A stretch of 63,068 nucleotides of DNA, the filler included, from Candidatus Desantisbacteria bacterium CG1_02_49_89 (GTDB lineage: Bacteria; Desantisbacteria; UBA1551): assembly GCA_001871075.1 (NCBI GenBank). It is 5 parts of 5 records of this genome, joined end to end, with 100 filler letters (N's around TTAATTAATTAA, not from the genome) between each part and the next. Parts side by side here need not be neighbours in the genome. Positions count along the whole stretch, not along the records: positions 22,711 to 45,004 come from MNUP01000136.1; positions 45,105 to 51,319 come from MNUP01000137.1; 3 more parts are not named here. One strand, written 5' to 3'. Below the pieces are notes generated by a model that was not told the origin of the DNA, ran no database searches, and was given only the letters and a program-made list of their open reading frames with translations. Positions 42,833 through 51,419 of this stretch are shown piece by piece. The number at the start of each line of letters is the position of its first letter. Position 1 is the stretch's first letter. Position numbers and translations under genes: made by a program.

Positions 42833-43618
42833 ATGGCAGATATAATACAAGCGGAAAACAGTATAAAATTTTTAGGGACGGCCGGAGCAAGGTTCGTAAT
42901 GATAAAACAGCTGCGCTCTTCGGGCGGCACATGGCTATGCCTCGCGGGCAAGAACATACTTCTGGACCCGGGGCCAGGCTCCCTTGTGCGCGCGACCTCC
43001 AGCAAGCCGAAACTTGACCCCACGAAACTCGACGCGATCATTATAACGCACAAGCACCTTGACCACACCGGTGACCTCAGCGTCATGATAGAGGCGATGA
43101 CCGAAGGCGGTTTTAAAAAGCGAGGGCTCCTGTTCGGTCCGGGGGACGCGCTGGAAGACGGTAAAGACCCGATACTGCTCAAATACCTGCGCGGATTTCC
43201 GGAAAAGACAGAAATTTTTAAGGAAGGCGGGGAATACAGGATCGGGGACGTTTCGTTCAGCACGCCGGTCAGGCACATCCACGGGGTGGAGACATACGGC
43301 CTGAATTTCCGGGTTGGCGGCAACGACATCCTCTCGGTCATAACCGATACAAAATATTTTGAAGGCATTGAGAAATATTATCCCGGGAAAGTTCTTATCA
43401 TAAACGTGGTGCGTTTTGAGGTGGACCCCAGCCTTGACCACCTAAGCATACCGGAAGCAAAAAGGATAATAGAGAAGGCAAAGCCGCAAAAAGCGGTCAT
43501 CACCCATTTCGGGATGAAGGTGGTGCAGGCAAAGCCCTGGGAAGTGGCTGAAGCAATGACAAAGGAGCTGGGGATCGAAGTGATCGCGGCCCGGGACGGA
43601 ATGGAGCTTTCCTTATAA
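42833..43618 (+). CDS. MBL-fold metallo-hydrolase
   Basis: FLGTAG, LDPGPG, THKHLDH, TDT, HLS, THFG. Confidence 0.9.
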   Translation: MADIIQAENSIKFLGTAGARFVMIKQLRSSGGTWLCLAGKNILLDPGPGSLVRATSSKPKLDPTKLDAIIITHKHLDHTGDLSVMIEAMTEGGFKKRGLLFGPGDALEDGKDPILLKYLRGFPEKTEIFKEGGEYRIGDVSFSTPVRHIHGVETYGLNFRVGGNDILSVITDTKYFEGIEKYYPGKVLIINVVRFEVDPSLDHLSIPEAKRIIEKAKPQKAVITHFGMKVVQAKPWEVAEAMTKELGIEVIAARDGMELSL

Positions 43619-43763
43619 TTCGTCGAACGTCATACGTCTTACGTCGTACGTACGACCCGCCAGGGCGACGCACGGCGTAATGAGTTACGAATCAACAACA
43701 AGGATTCTTATTGTAACTCAGGGCTTTAGCCCTGATTCCTTGGCTCATAAATTTTCATATTTA

Positions 43764-43990
43764 GAATAAGGGCTTTGCTCCACGACTACGCTGCGGCGCA
43801 GGCAAATTCTGAAAGCCCGGCTTGAGGGCCACACGATTGCTCTCCCGCCAATATTCGCGGCGGGCTGGAATTCTCTTATCAGGGTGCGTCGAAACAAGCT
43901 TCGTCGGTCAGTTCCAGCTTTCCTCCTTATCGCAATCGGGAATTTGCAGCTGCGCCTGCGCTTAGGTCTGTTCCGCAAAGGCCCTTGTTC
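43764..43990. other. Long nested imperfect hairpin (structured ncRNA or MITE-like element)
   Basis: Nested pairs 43764-43778/43975-43990, 43795-43801/43950-43956, 43802-43809/43940-43947, 43834-43840/43932-43938, 43864-43870/43912-43918. Confidence 0.6.
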
Positions 43991-44042
43991 CACGTTCCTA
44001 ACATTTATTTTATCATGTGACAATATTTTGAGGAAGGTTTTA

Positions 44043-44771
44043 ATGCGAAAGAAACTGCTCGTTATCGTATCGATAATATTTATAAACTTTCCGGTAGCCT
44101 TCAATGTTTTTGCGGAAGACACGGAAGGATTGAAGAACCCGTGGGTTTCAACGGGGCTTTCCTGTTTATGGCCAGGGCTGGGTCAGATTTATTCCGGGGG
44201 ATTTGACAAGGGCTTGAGCTGTGCCATTGTGATTCCTTTGGGTATTTGGAGATTTGACGCACTTAAACCAATTGCTTGCGAGCTCCCTAGCCCATATCAA
44301 GATTATCTTGTTCAGATGATTACCGATTTTCAAATTTCACTGTATATAGGAAACATTGCAGATGCCTATCTTACAGCTGTTTCGCACAACAACAAAGATT
44401 ATCTTAAGAAGAAATCGTTGGACCAAGCAATGTTTTTTTCTCTTATTTTCCCAGGGGGAGGAGATATTTATGTAGGCGACGCTGCGGCCTTTGGATTTGC
44501 CTGGGCTGGATGGGAAGGATTCTTTTTATTCAAAATAATATTTCCGGACGGTTCAACAGACGAAGAAAAAAACAAGATCCGTCTTGCAAGCGGGTTTGGC
44601 GCTCTTTTAACATATGGCGCTCAATTTGCCACTGCCGCACTATCAGTTTGGATTCATAATATAAACGTCGAGGAGCGGCTTAAAAAAAATAAACAGCCTG
44701 ACGTTTCTTTTAAAATCAAATATGACATTCAAAGGGAAAATATTGCATTGGCCATATGTAAAAGTTTTTAA
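44043..44771 (+). CDS. Hypothetical membrane protein with two TM2/DUF5683-like repeats
   Basis: KNP....LS.LWPGLGQIY.G and KS...AMFFSLIFPGGGDIYVG; signal peptide; AT-rich. Confidence 0.7.
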   Translation: MRKKLLVIVSIIFINFPVAFNVFAEDTEGLKNPWVSTGLSCLWPGLGQIYSGGFDKGLSCAIVIPLGIWRFDALKPIACELPSPYQDYLVQMITDFQISLYIGNIADAYLTAVSHNNKDYLKKKSLDQAMFFSLIFPGGGDIYVGDAAAFGFAWAGWEGFFLFKIIFPDGSTDEEKNKIRLASGFGALLTYGAQFATAALSVWIHNINVEERLKKNKQPDVSFKIKYDIQRENIALAICKSF

Positions 44772-44793
44772 ACATTAAATTAGTGGAGAAAAA

Positions 44794-45004
44794 ATGGATG
44801 CAATTGAATGTTTGAAGACAAGACGGAGCGTCAGGAGCTTCGCGGATAAGGAAATACCCGCAAACGTGATCGAGGACATAATTGACGCAGGCCGGCTTGC
44901 CCCCACCGCCAACAACCTTCAGCCCTGGGAATTCATAGTTGTCACAGATAAAGAAACAAGAAAGAAGATCGCCGCTCTCACAGACTGGGGCAAATTTATC
45001 GCTG
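44794..45004 (+). CDS. Nitroreductase family protein (3' truncated)
   Basis: TRRSVRSF, APTANNLQPWEFIVV. Confidence 0.92.
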
Positions 45005-45104
45005 NNNNNNNNNNNNNNNNNNNNNNNNNNNNNNNNNNNNNNNNNNNNTTAATTAATTAANNNNNNNNNNNNNNNNNNNNNNNNNNNNNNNNNNNNNNNN
45101 NNNN
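45005..45104. other. Artificial contig linker
   Basis: N run with TTAATTAATTAA. Confidence 0.98.
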
Positions 45105-45217
45105 AAACGTTAAATTTAACTTCCTTAAACCACGGATTAACACGAATTCCCACAGATTTTAACTCGGACTCTTTGACTCTAAATCTGCAATCTACAATGT
45201 CTGTAAACGGGGGCGTC

Positions 45218-48200
45218 ATGAAGAAATTGGTATTATTTTCAGTATTGGTTTTTACTGTGGTCTGTGGACTGCCCGCCCCGATGTCCATCGGGGCGAGGTC
45301 TCGCCCGCCAATATTCGTGGCGGGCGGATTGACTTCAGTTTGTTTTGCCGCAGACCAGGTGACAAACGGACTTGTGACAGTAGGCCCTGTTGTAAAAGAC
45401 GGGAAGACCCTGGGATTTTATCTTGAAAAGGCCGGAACAAAGATAAGCGAAGTGCTGTTCGGGTCAGTGGGCAACATAACCGCGGATTCCGTGAAACAGG
45501 ACGGGAACAAACTCGTGTTTACGGGTTTGAAGGCAAACCCCACTCCTGTGCTTGGCCCTGGTTCATACGTGAGCGTTGAACTGCTTACCAATGATGAATT
45601 CCCACGCGTCAGGTTCAGGCTGGAACTGGTAAAGTTTGAAAAAAGCCTTTGGGAAGGAGTTCTTGACAAGGTGCCTTTCCACTTTATGGTATGCAGCATG
45701 CCCGGGTCTGAGATATTTCACCAGAGGGGATGGCCGCTGGGAACTCCTGTTGTTGAGCCCTACGTGATACTGACTGACCCCGGCTCAGGCAGGACTATCG
45801 GCAGCAACTTTAACAGGAACTGGTCTTACGACCCGCCAATAGGCGCGTATCCTGTGCCGGTCGCGGGATTGTGGAACGTTAAGGAAAAGAAATACGTGGC
45901 TTACCTTTTCCAGGAAGCCCGCTCAACCGACAACACAGAGAAATCCATCTCGACCACTTACTGCTGGGAGTTCCAGACAGCAAAAGAGTTCTTCTGCCTT
46001 GCCTCAAAATACGCCAACGGTTACATGGACCTGAACTACCCCAAAGACGGGGATGTTCTTGAAAGCCATTTCAGGCTGATCTTTAACCTTAACCTGCCTT
46101 CTGAGGATGACCCCAACGCTTTCGTGCTCAACTATATCCACACAACATACGCGGACCTCATACCCGGGGTCCCGGAAATAAACGACATGAATTGGCTTCC
46201 CGGCAATCTCAGGTTCAAGACGCCGGGAAGGCCTTCTTTAAGCGGGCTTTTTCACACGGTCGGGGAAAAAGACCCGTTTATGAAGCCGGGTACTATTTTT
46301 AGTGACGGCGTAAGCTACATTGACCCTGGCATAGAATTCGCTTACGACACAGGGAAAAGCACAGCGACCCTTAACTCCTTCAAGAAAAAAATGGAATTCC
46401 TTATGGAAAAAGCGAAAAAATGGAAGGTGGGCGAGGATGAATGCGTTTTCTGGCAGCTGCCCATAGAGGGAGAATGGTGGCCTAATTTCGGCAAGGGCGT
46501 GGAAACCATGCACAACGTGTGGGGAGTGCAGGAAGCAAGGGCGTTCCTCGAGGTTTATAAATGCGAGAAAGACCCGAAATACCTGCCGTACGTTGACGGC
46601 ACGACCAGGTGGCTGAAACACATGCTCTACACCAGGAACTGCTATCCTGACGTTACCGCGGCAATGTTCGCGTGGTCAGGCGGGCCCATAGTTTCATACC
46701 TTCTGCGCTATTATTACGTTTTCAGGGACGCGCCTGACGTTGAGCACAAGGCTCTTGCAGATCTGGCTTATAAGCTTGCCCGCTCTTACGCGTACAGGTA
46801 CCTTCCGATCTGGACCACTGACAACGATAAGGCGGATAACCTGGATTCCGCGTTTTTCTGCGAGCCCAATGCAGGCGTGCCGTGGCTGGGCGCCGCGTGT
46901 TCCAACGAGGTCTGGATAAATGCGTACATGGCAGCGGTTGCCTATGTTGCCACAGGCGACCCGCTTTTCGGGTATTATTTGCGCGGCATGCTTGAAAGGT
47001 GGCACGACCTGTACAAGGACCTGGCCAAGCCAAAACCCCAGGCATACGGTTCGGCTGACCTTACGGAAAGGTTCGGGCTGTATGACGGAGCTCCGCAGGT
47101 AAAAGGGACAAGAGCGAATTACGGCGGGCTCTGGGGCGGGTTTGAAGCGATCTGCTACCCGCTTGCGGGATCAAAAATGAGGGTGCTGTGCGGGGAAAAG
47201 GCAGCCATGGCGTTTGACCAGGGCGGAGTTGAGACGAATTTCAGGGATTACAGGTATTACGGCAGCGGCAATTTTTCTTTTACAGTGGCAAGCACGCTTT
47301 CAGAGCCCTGCGCTGTCTCGATAACGTTTCCCTATTTCAAGCTCTCGGGAAAACCGGTGTATGTTATAAACAAGGGGCAGAAAAAAGCCCTTGTTGAGGA
47401 CACGGATTTTAAGGTATACAAATTTTCTCCGGACTCAATGTTTGTAGGGGGAGTTTCAAACGGGGACATTGTGGCTGTGGGAGACTGGAACCCGGATGTT
47501 AAGCCGCTCTCCTGTTCCGTGGGCAAGACGCACAAGGTGGAAAAGCAGATAACTATCGAAAGGGACGGGTATTCAGCGGCTAACATCGCGAAGTCCTGCA
47601 ACACGGGCATCAAGGAAGACTGGGGCGATCCAGGGACAATGGCAGGATACGTGCCCGGCATTACTTTCCTGTGGGGAGTGCCGTTTTACCTTGTGCCCGG
47701 CTCTGATAACGCGGGCAAGGTCGCTGTAAGGAATGCTGTCGCAAAAGTGGATATTTCCTGCCAGCGGCTCTTCTTCCTTGTTTCAAACCCCGGGCCTAAG
47801 GCTTTGCTTTCACTGACATTTGCTGACGGTTCCAAACAGGACCTATCGGTCAAGGATTCGATCTGCGCGATAACCGGCTGGCCCCCTTGTTTCAAGTGGC
47901 GCATTGACCTGATAACGGTTGCGGCAAAAGGCAAAGCGCTCAAGGAGGTAAAGGCAACTGATGTCAGCCTTTTCTCGGTTACAGGCACCCAGAGATCCGA
48001 CAAGGATATCGCGGAAGCCCTTTCGCTCATAGCCGCAGAGGCAAAAAAGCAGGACATCGAGGCTAAATTCGTGAAAAAACTTGAAGGTCTTGCAGGAGAG
48101 TTCAAAAGGCTTTCAAAGCGCATAGCGGTCATTCCCGTGCCCCAGTTCTCAATAGAGCAGGTGCCTGCCGGAGCGCTTATGCGCAAGGCAGGGGTGCTGG

Positions 48201-48871
48201 GCGATGTGGTAGTGCTCACGCCTGAACAGCTTATCTCAAAAGCCTTTAACGGCCAGAGGTATCCTGTGGCTGTTTACCTTGGCGGGGAACAGTATTACCA
48301 GACAGTCAAGGATGACGGAGATGCGGACCAGGCTATCATCAACTACCTGAAAACCGGGGGCCTGCTTGTCGTGATACCCAGCCCCAGCCAGCCTTTCCCG
48401 TTCTATTATAATGAAAAAGGAAAGCCTGTTGTGTCAGCCCCGAAGTTCGGCATGACGATATCCGGAAGCGGGGCTCTTGACAGGCAGGATACATTAAAAT
48501 ACAGCCGGGTAACAGGATGGGAAAAACCCCCTGTTTCAAATCTTACGTTCAGGGTTAACCCGAAGCAGGACATAATAAAAGGTCTGCTGCCAGAAACATT
48601 TGCCTGGATGGAAGATGGGGACCAGAGATGGAGGCCTATGATAGGCGCGGTGCCTGCGCCCGGCGTTTACACGCCTGTGGTAAGCCTTTACGATGCCGAT
48701 AACAACTGCTACGGTGAAGGGATAGCTTATCTGGAATATAAGTCTGACCCGGTTGCAGGCGGAAAGATCATTTACGCCTGGCCCAGCCTTGCGAACCACG
48801 AAAAATATTCCGGCACAATAATCCCGGCGCTTCTTGAATACGCGCTTAAGAGCATTAAGCTGGGCAACTGA
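45218..48871 (+). CDS. Large secreted protein (1217 aa), possibly carbohydrate-active
   Basis: Signal peptide (with palindrome insert), aromatic-rich helical mid-region, C-terminal GATase-like fold (YLGGEQY...YLKTGGLLVV); upstream of a DUF2961 gene; function inferred. Confidence 0.7.
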   Translation: MKKLVLFSVLVFTVVCGLPAPMSIGARSRPPIFVAGGLTSVCFAADQVTNGLVTVGPVVKDGKTLGFYLEKAGTKISEVLFGSVGNITADSVKQDGNKLVFTGLKANPTPVLGPGSYVSVELLTNDEFPRVRFRLELVKFEKSLWEGVLDKVPFHFMVCSMPGSEIFHQRGWPLGTPVVEPYVILTDPGSGRTIGSNFNRNWSYDPPIGAYPVPVAGLWNVKEKKYVAYLFQEARSTDNTEKSISTTYCWEFQTAKEFFCLASKYANGYMDLNYPKDGDVLESHFRLIFNLNLPSEDDPNAFVLNYIHTTYADLIPGVPEINDMNWLPGNLRFKTPGRPSLSGLFHTVGEKDPFMKPGTIFSDGVSYIDPGIEFAYDTGKSTATLNSFKKKMEFLMEKAKKWKVGEDECVFWQLPIEGEWWPNFGKGVETMHNVWGVQEARAFLEVYKCEKDPKYLPYVDGTTRWLKHMLYTRNCYPDVTAAMFAWSGGPIVSYLLRYYYVFRDAPDVEHKALADLAYKLARSYAYRYLPIWTTDNDKADNLDSAFFCEPNAGVPWLGAACSNEVWINAYMAAVAYVATGDPLFGYYLRGMLERWHDLYKDLAKPKPQAYGSADLTERFGLYDGAPQVKGTRANYGGLWGGFEAICYPLAGSKMRVLCGEKAAMAFDQGGVETNFRDYRYYGSGNFSFTVASTLSEPCAVSITFPYFKLSGKPVYVINKGQKKALVEDTDFKVYKFSPDSMFVGGVSNGDIVAVGDWNPDVKPLSCSVGKTHKVEKQITIERDGYSAANIAKSCNTGIKEDWGDPGTMAGYVPGITFLWGVPFYLVPGSDNAGKVAVRNAVAKVDISCQRLFFLVSNPGPKALLSLTFADGSKQDLSVKDSICAITGWPPCFKWRIDLITVAAKGKALKEVKATDVSLFSVTGTQRSDKDIAEALSLIAAEAKKQDIEAKFVKKLEGLAGEFKRLSKRIAVIPVPQFSIEQVPAGALMRKAGVLGDVVVLTPEQLISKAFNGQRYPVAVYLGGEQYYQTVKDDGDADQAIINYLKTGGLLVVIPSPSQPFPFYYNEKGKPVVSAPKFGMTISGSGALDRQDTLKYSRVTGWEKPPVSNLTFRVNPKQDIIKGLLPETFAWMEDGDQRWRPMIGAVPAPGVYTPVVSLYDADNNCYGEGIAYLEYKSDPVAGGKIIYAWPSLANHEKYSGTIIPALLEYALKSIKLGN
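45272..45331. repeat. In-frame 60-nt double-hairpin insert in a signal peptide
   Basis: Hairpins 45274-45295 and 45302-45326; the second recurs at 43844-43864. Confidence 0.8.
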
Positions 48872-48983
48872 TAAATAACGTTCATCGTGCGTCGTTCTTC
48901 GTTCATCGTTTGAACATATGGCTGTTTCTGCGATGCACGACCCGAAAGGGCGAGGTACGATGCACGAATAATGGGAGGCATGT

Positions 48984-50045
48984 ATGGATGACATGGATAA
49001 ATTAAGCTTCATAAGCGGGCTGCCGATGATGTCAAACGCGAAAACAAGGTCGATCTCAGCTGAGAACCCCGACGGAAAGCCCGGAAGCGGGGCCCAGGCA
49101 GAGCCGAATATGAACGGCGCTGAAGCGATGCTGGGGAAGGGATGGAAGGTGCGGCCGTGCATAAGCCTTTTGAAGGGAATGACCACGACCCTCGCGGACA
49201 TAGAAGGGCCCGGGATTATCCAGCACATATGGATCACGGTCTCAGAGCCCGCTTACAGGGACTGCGTCCTGCGTTTTTACTGGGACGGAGAAAAAGAGCC
49301 TTCGGTTGAAGTCCCGCTCGGGGATTTCTTCTGCAACGGCCACGCCCTGCGCTGTAAAATTAATTCGCTTATGGTGTGCGTCAACCCCTCAGGCGGGTTC
49401 AATTCATACTGGCCTATGCCTTTCAGGAAACACTGCAAAATAACCATTGAGAACCAGCGCTGGGAGGACATCCACGGGTTTTTCTACCAGGTGAATTTTT
49501 GCCTTGCTGATAAGATACCTGACGACGCGGCTTATTTCCACGCCCAGTGGAGGAGATGCGCCCGGCTTGATATGAAGAACCCTGACCACGTGATACTCGA
49601 GGGAATAAAAGGCAGAGGCCATTATGTCGGGACTTTCCTGGCGTGGACCCAGCTGACAAACGGGTGGTGGGGAGAAGGAGAAATAAAGTTTTTCATTGAC
49701 GATGACAAAGAATATCCCACGATATGCGGCACAGGCACGGAAGATTATTTCTGCGGCGCCTGGGGTTTCGGCGGGGAAACCTATTCAACGCCTTTCCTGG
49801 GATATCCGCTTTTCCGCAAAGAACCGGGCGAGGTCCCAAAACACGGGCTTTACAGGTGGCACGTGCTTGACCCGATAAGGTTTGAGAAGAAACTGAAAGT
49901 GACTATACAGGCGCTCGGATGGTGGCTTAACGGCAAGTTCAAGCCGCTTGACGACGACATTGCGTCAGTCGGCTACTGGTACCAGGCAGAGCCGCACGCC
50001 CAGTTCCCGATACTTCCGGATGTGCCCGGACGCTGCCCAAGATAA
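48984..50045 (+). CDS. DUF2961 / glycoside hydrolase family 172 protein
   Basis: RSISAENPDG, GPGIIQHIWIT, PSVEVPLGDFF, NSYWPMPF, WWGEGE, GTGTEDYF, YRWH..DPI.F. Confidence 0.92.
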   Translation: MDDMDKLSFISGLPMMSNAKTRSISAENPDGKPGSGAQAEPNMNGAEAMLGKGWKVRPCISLLKGMTTTLADIEGPGIIQHIWITVSEPAYRDCVLRFYWDGEKEPSVEVPLGDFFCNGHALRCKINSLMVCVNPSGGFNSYWPMPFRKHCKITIENQRWEDIHGFFYQVNFCLADKIPDDAAYFHAQWRRCARLDMKNPDHVILEGIKGRGHYVGTFLAWTQLTNGWWGEGEIKFFIDDDKEYPTICGTGTEDYFCGAWGFGGETYSTPFLGYPLFRKEPGEVPKHGLYRWHVLDPIRFEKKLKVTIQALGWWLNGKFKPLDDDIASVGYWYQAEPHAQFPILPDVPGRCPR

Positions 50046-50241
50046 AACAGTTAAAAGTTGAAAGTTGAACGTTGAAAGTTGAAAACGCTGAAGGCTGAAT
50101 GCTGGATGCTAAATGTAAAATATAAAATCTGTGACAATCTGTGTTAATCTGTGTCTAATTTTATTTCGTGATTTCGTGGAAATCTTAATCCGTATGAATT
50201 CGCGTTATCTAATCCGTTTGCATCCGCAAAAGGAGTGGTAT

Positions 50242-51216
50242 ATGCTGAAAGTGGCTATGCTGAGTTTCTGGCACGTGCACGCTGAAGGCTACGCCAAGCA
50301 GTTAAGGGAAAGGAACGACAACAAGATCACCTGCATGTGGGACGAGATACCGCAGCGCGGCAAGGACTGGGCGGGAAAACTCGGTATTGATCTTGAGCCT
50401 GACCTGAGCAAGCTGCTGAAAAGGGATGACGTTGACGCGGTTGTAATAAATTCGCCTACAAACCTGCACGCGAAAATTATGATTGCCGCAGCGAAAGCCG
50501 GGAAGCACATTTTCACGGAAAAAGTAATGGCGCTTACCGTCAGGGAGTGCAAAGAGATCTCGGAAGCGGTCAAAAAAGCAGGCGTGAAATTCTGCGTTTC
50601 ATTCCCCCAGCTTACAGTGCCTTACGTGCGGTTCGCGAAAAAGGCGATAGACGAAAAGATCATAGGTGACGTGACGCTTGCCAGGTTCAGGGCAGCGCAC
50701 GCCGGAGCGTCCGCAGGATGGCTTCCGCCTCATTTCTTTGACCCTGTGCAGACAGGCGGAGGGGCGATGATGGACCTTGGCGCGCACCCGATGTATACGC
50801 TCAGGTACCTGCTGGGAAAGCCCAAAAGCATTAATTCCATATTCACTGTCCTGACAGGAAAGCAGGTTGAGGACAATTCCGTGTGCGCCATTGAATTTGA
50901 GAACAAGGCGATAGGCGTATCGGAAGCGTCATTCGTGTCAGGCGGGGGAATGATAGGCCTTGAAGTTTACGGCACAAAAGGCTGCCTGATAGTTGAATCA
51001 TCCGCTTCAGGCCCTGTCATCAAAATGGTCCCTGCTGAGCTTGAAAAACAGATCTCCCTGCCCCCTGCCCTGCCAAGGCCGATCGATATCTGGGTGGACG
51101 GGATTCTAAAGGGAACCGAAATTCCGTTCGGCACAGAACAGGGCACCCAGCTAACCGAACTTATGGAAGCCGCTTATAAATCGTTCCGCGAAAAGCGCCA
51201 GGTCTCCATTAAATAA
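50242..51216 (+). CDS. Gfo/Idh/MocA oxidoreductase
   Basis: AGKHIFTEK, GGGAMMDLGAH, VEDN; ATG after AGGAG. Confidence 0.92.
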   Translation: MLKVAMLSFWHVHAEGYAKQLRERNDNKITCMWDEIPQRGKDWAGKLGIDLEPDLSKLLKRDDVDAVVINSPTNLHAKIMIAAAKAGKHIFTEKVMALTVRECKEISEAVKKAGVKFCVSFPQLTVPYVRFAKKAIDEKIIGDVTLARFRAAHAGASAGWLPPHFFDPVQTGGGAMMDLGAHPMYTLRYLLGKPKSINSIFTVLTGKQVEDNSVCAIEFENKAIGVSEASFVSGGGMIGLEVYGTKGCLIVESSASGPVIKMVPAELEKQISLPPALPRPIDIWVDGILKGTEIPFGTEQGTQLTELMEAAYKSFREKRQVSIK

Positions 51217-51319
51217 CGCACATAGCACATGGCATATTGCATATGGCGAAAAAAATAAGATCATCGTGCGCCGCAAAAGACAAATTAACAGGGAACTTAA
51301 GAGAACTTAAAAAAGGTAC

Positions 51320-51419
51320 NNNNNNNNNNNNNNNNNNNNNNNNNNNNNNNNNNNNNNNNNNNNTTAATTAATTAANNNNNNNNNNNNNNNNNNNNNNNNN
51401 NNNNNNNNNNNNNNNNNNN
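51320..51419. other. Artificial contig linker
   Basis: N run with TTAATTAATTAA. Confidence 0.98.
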
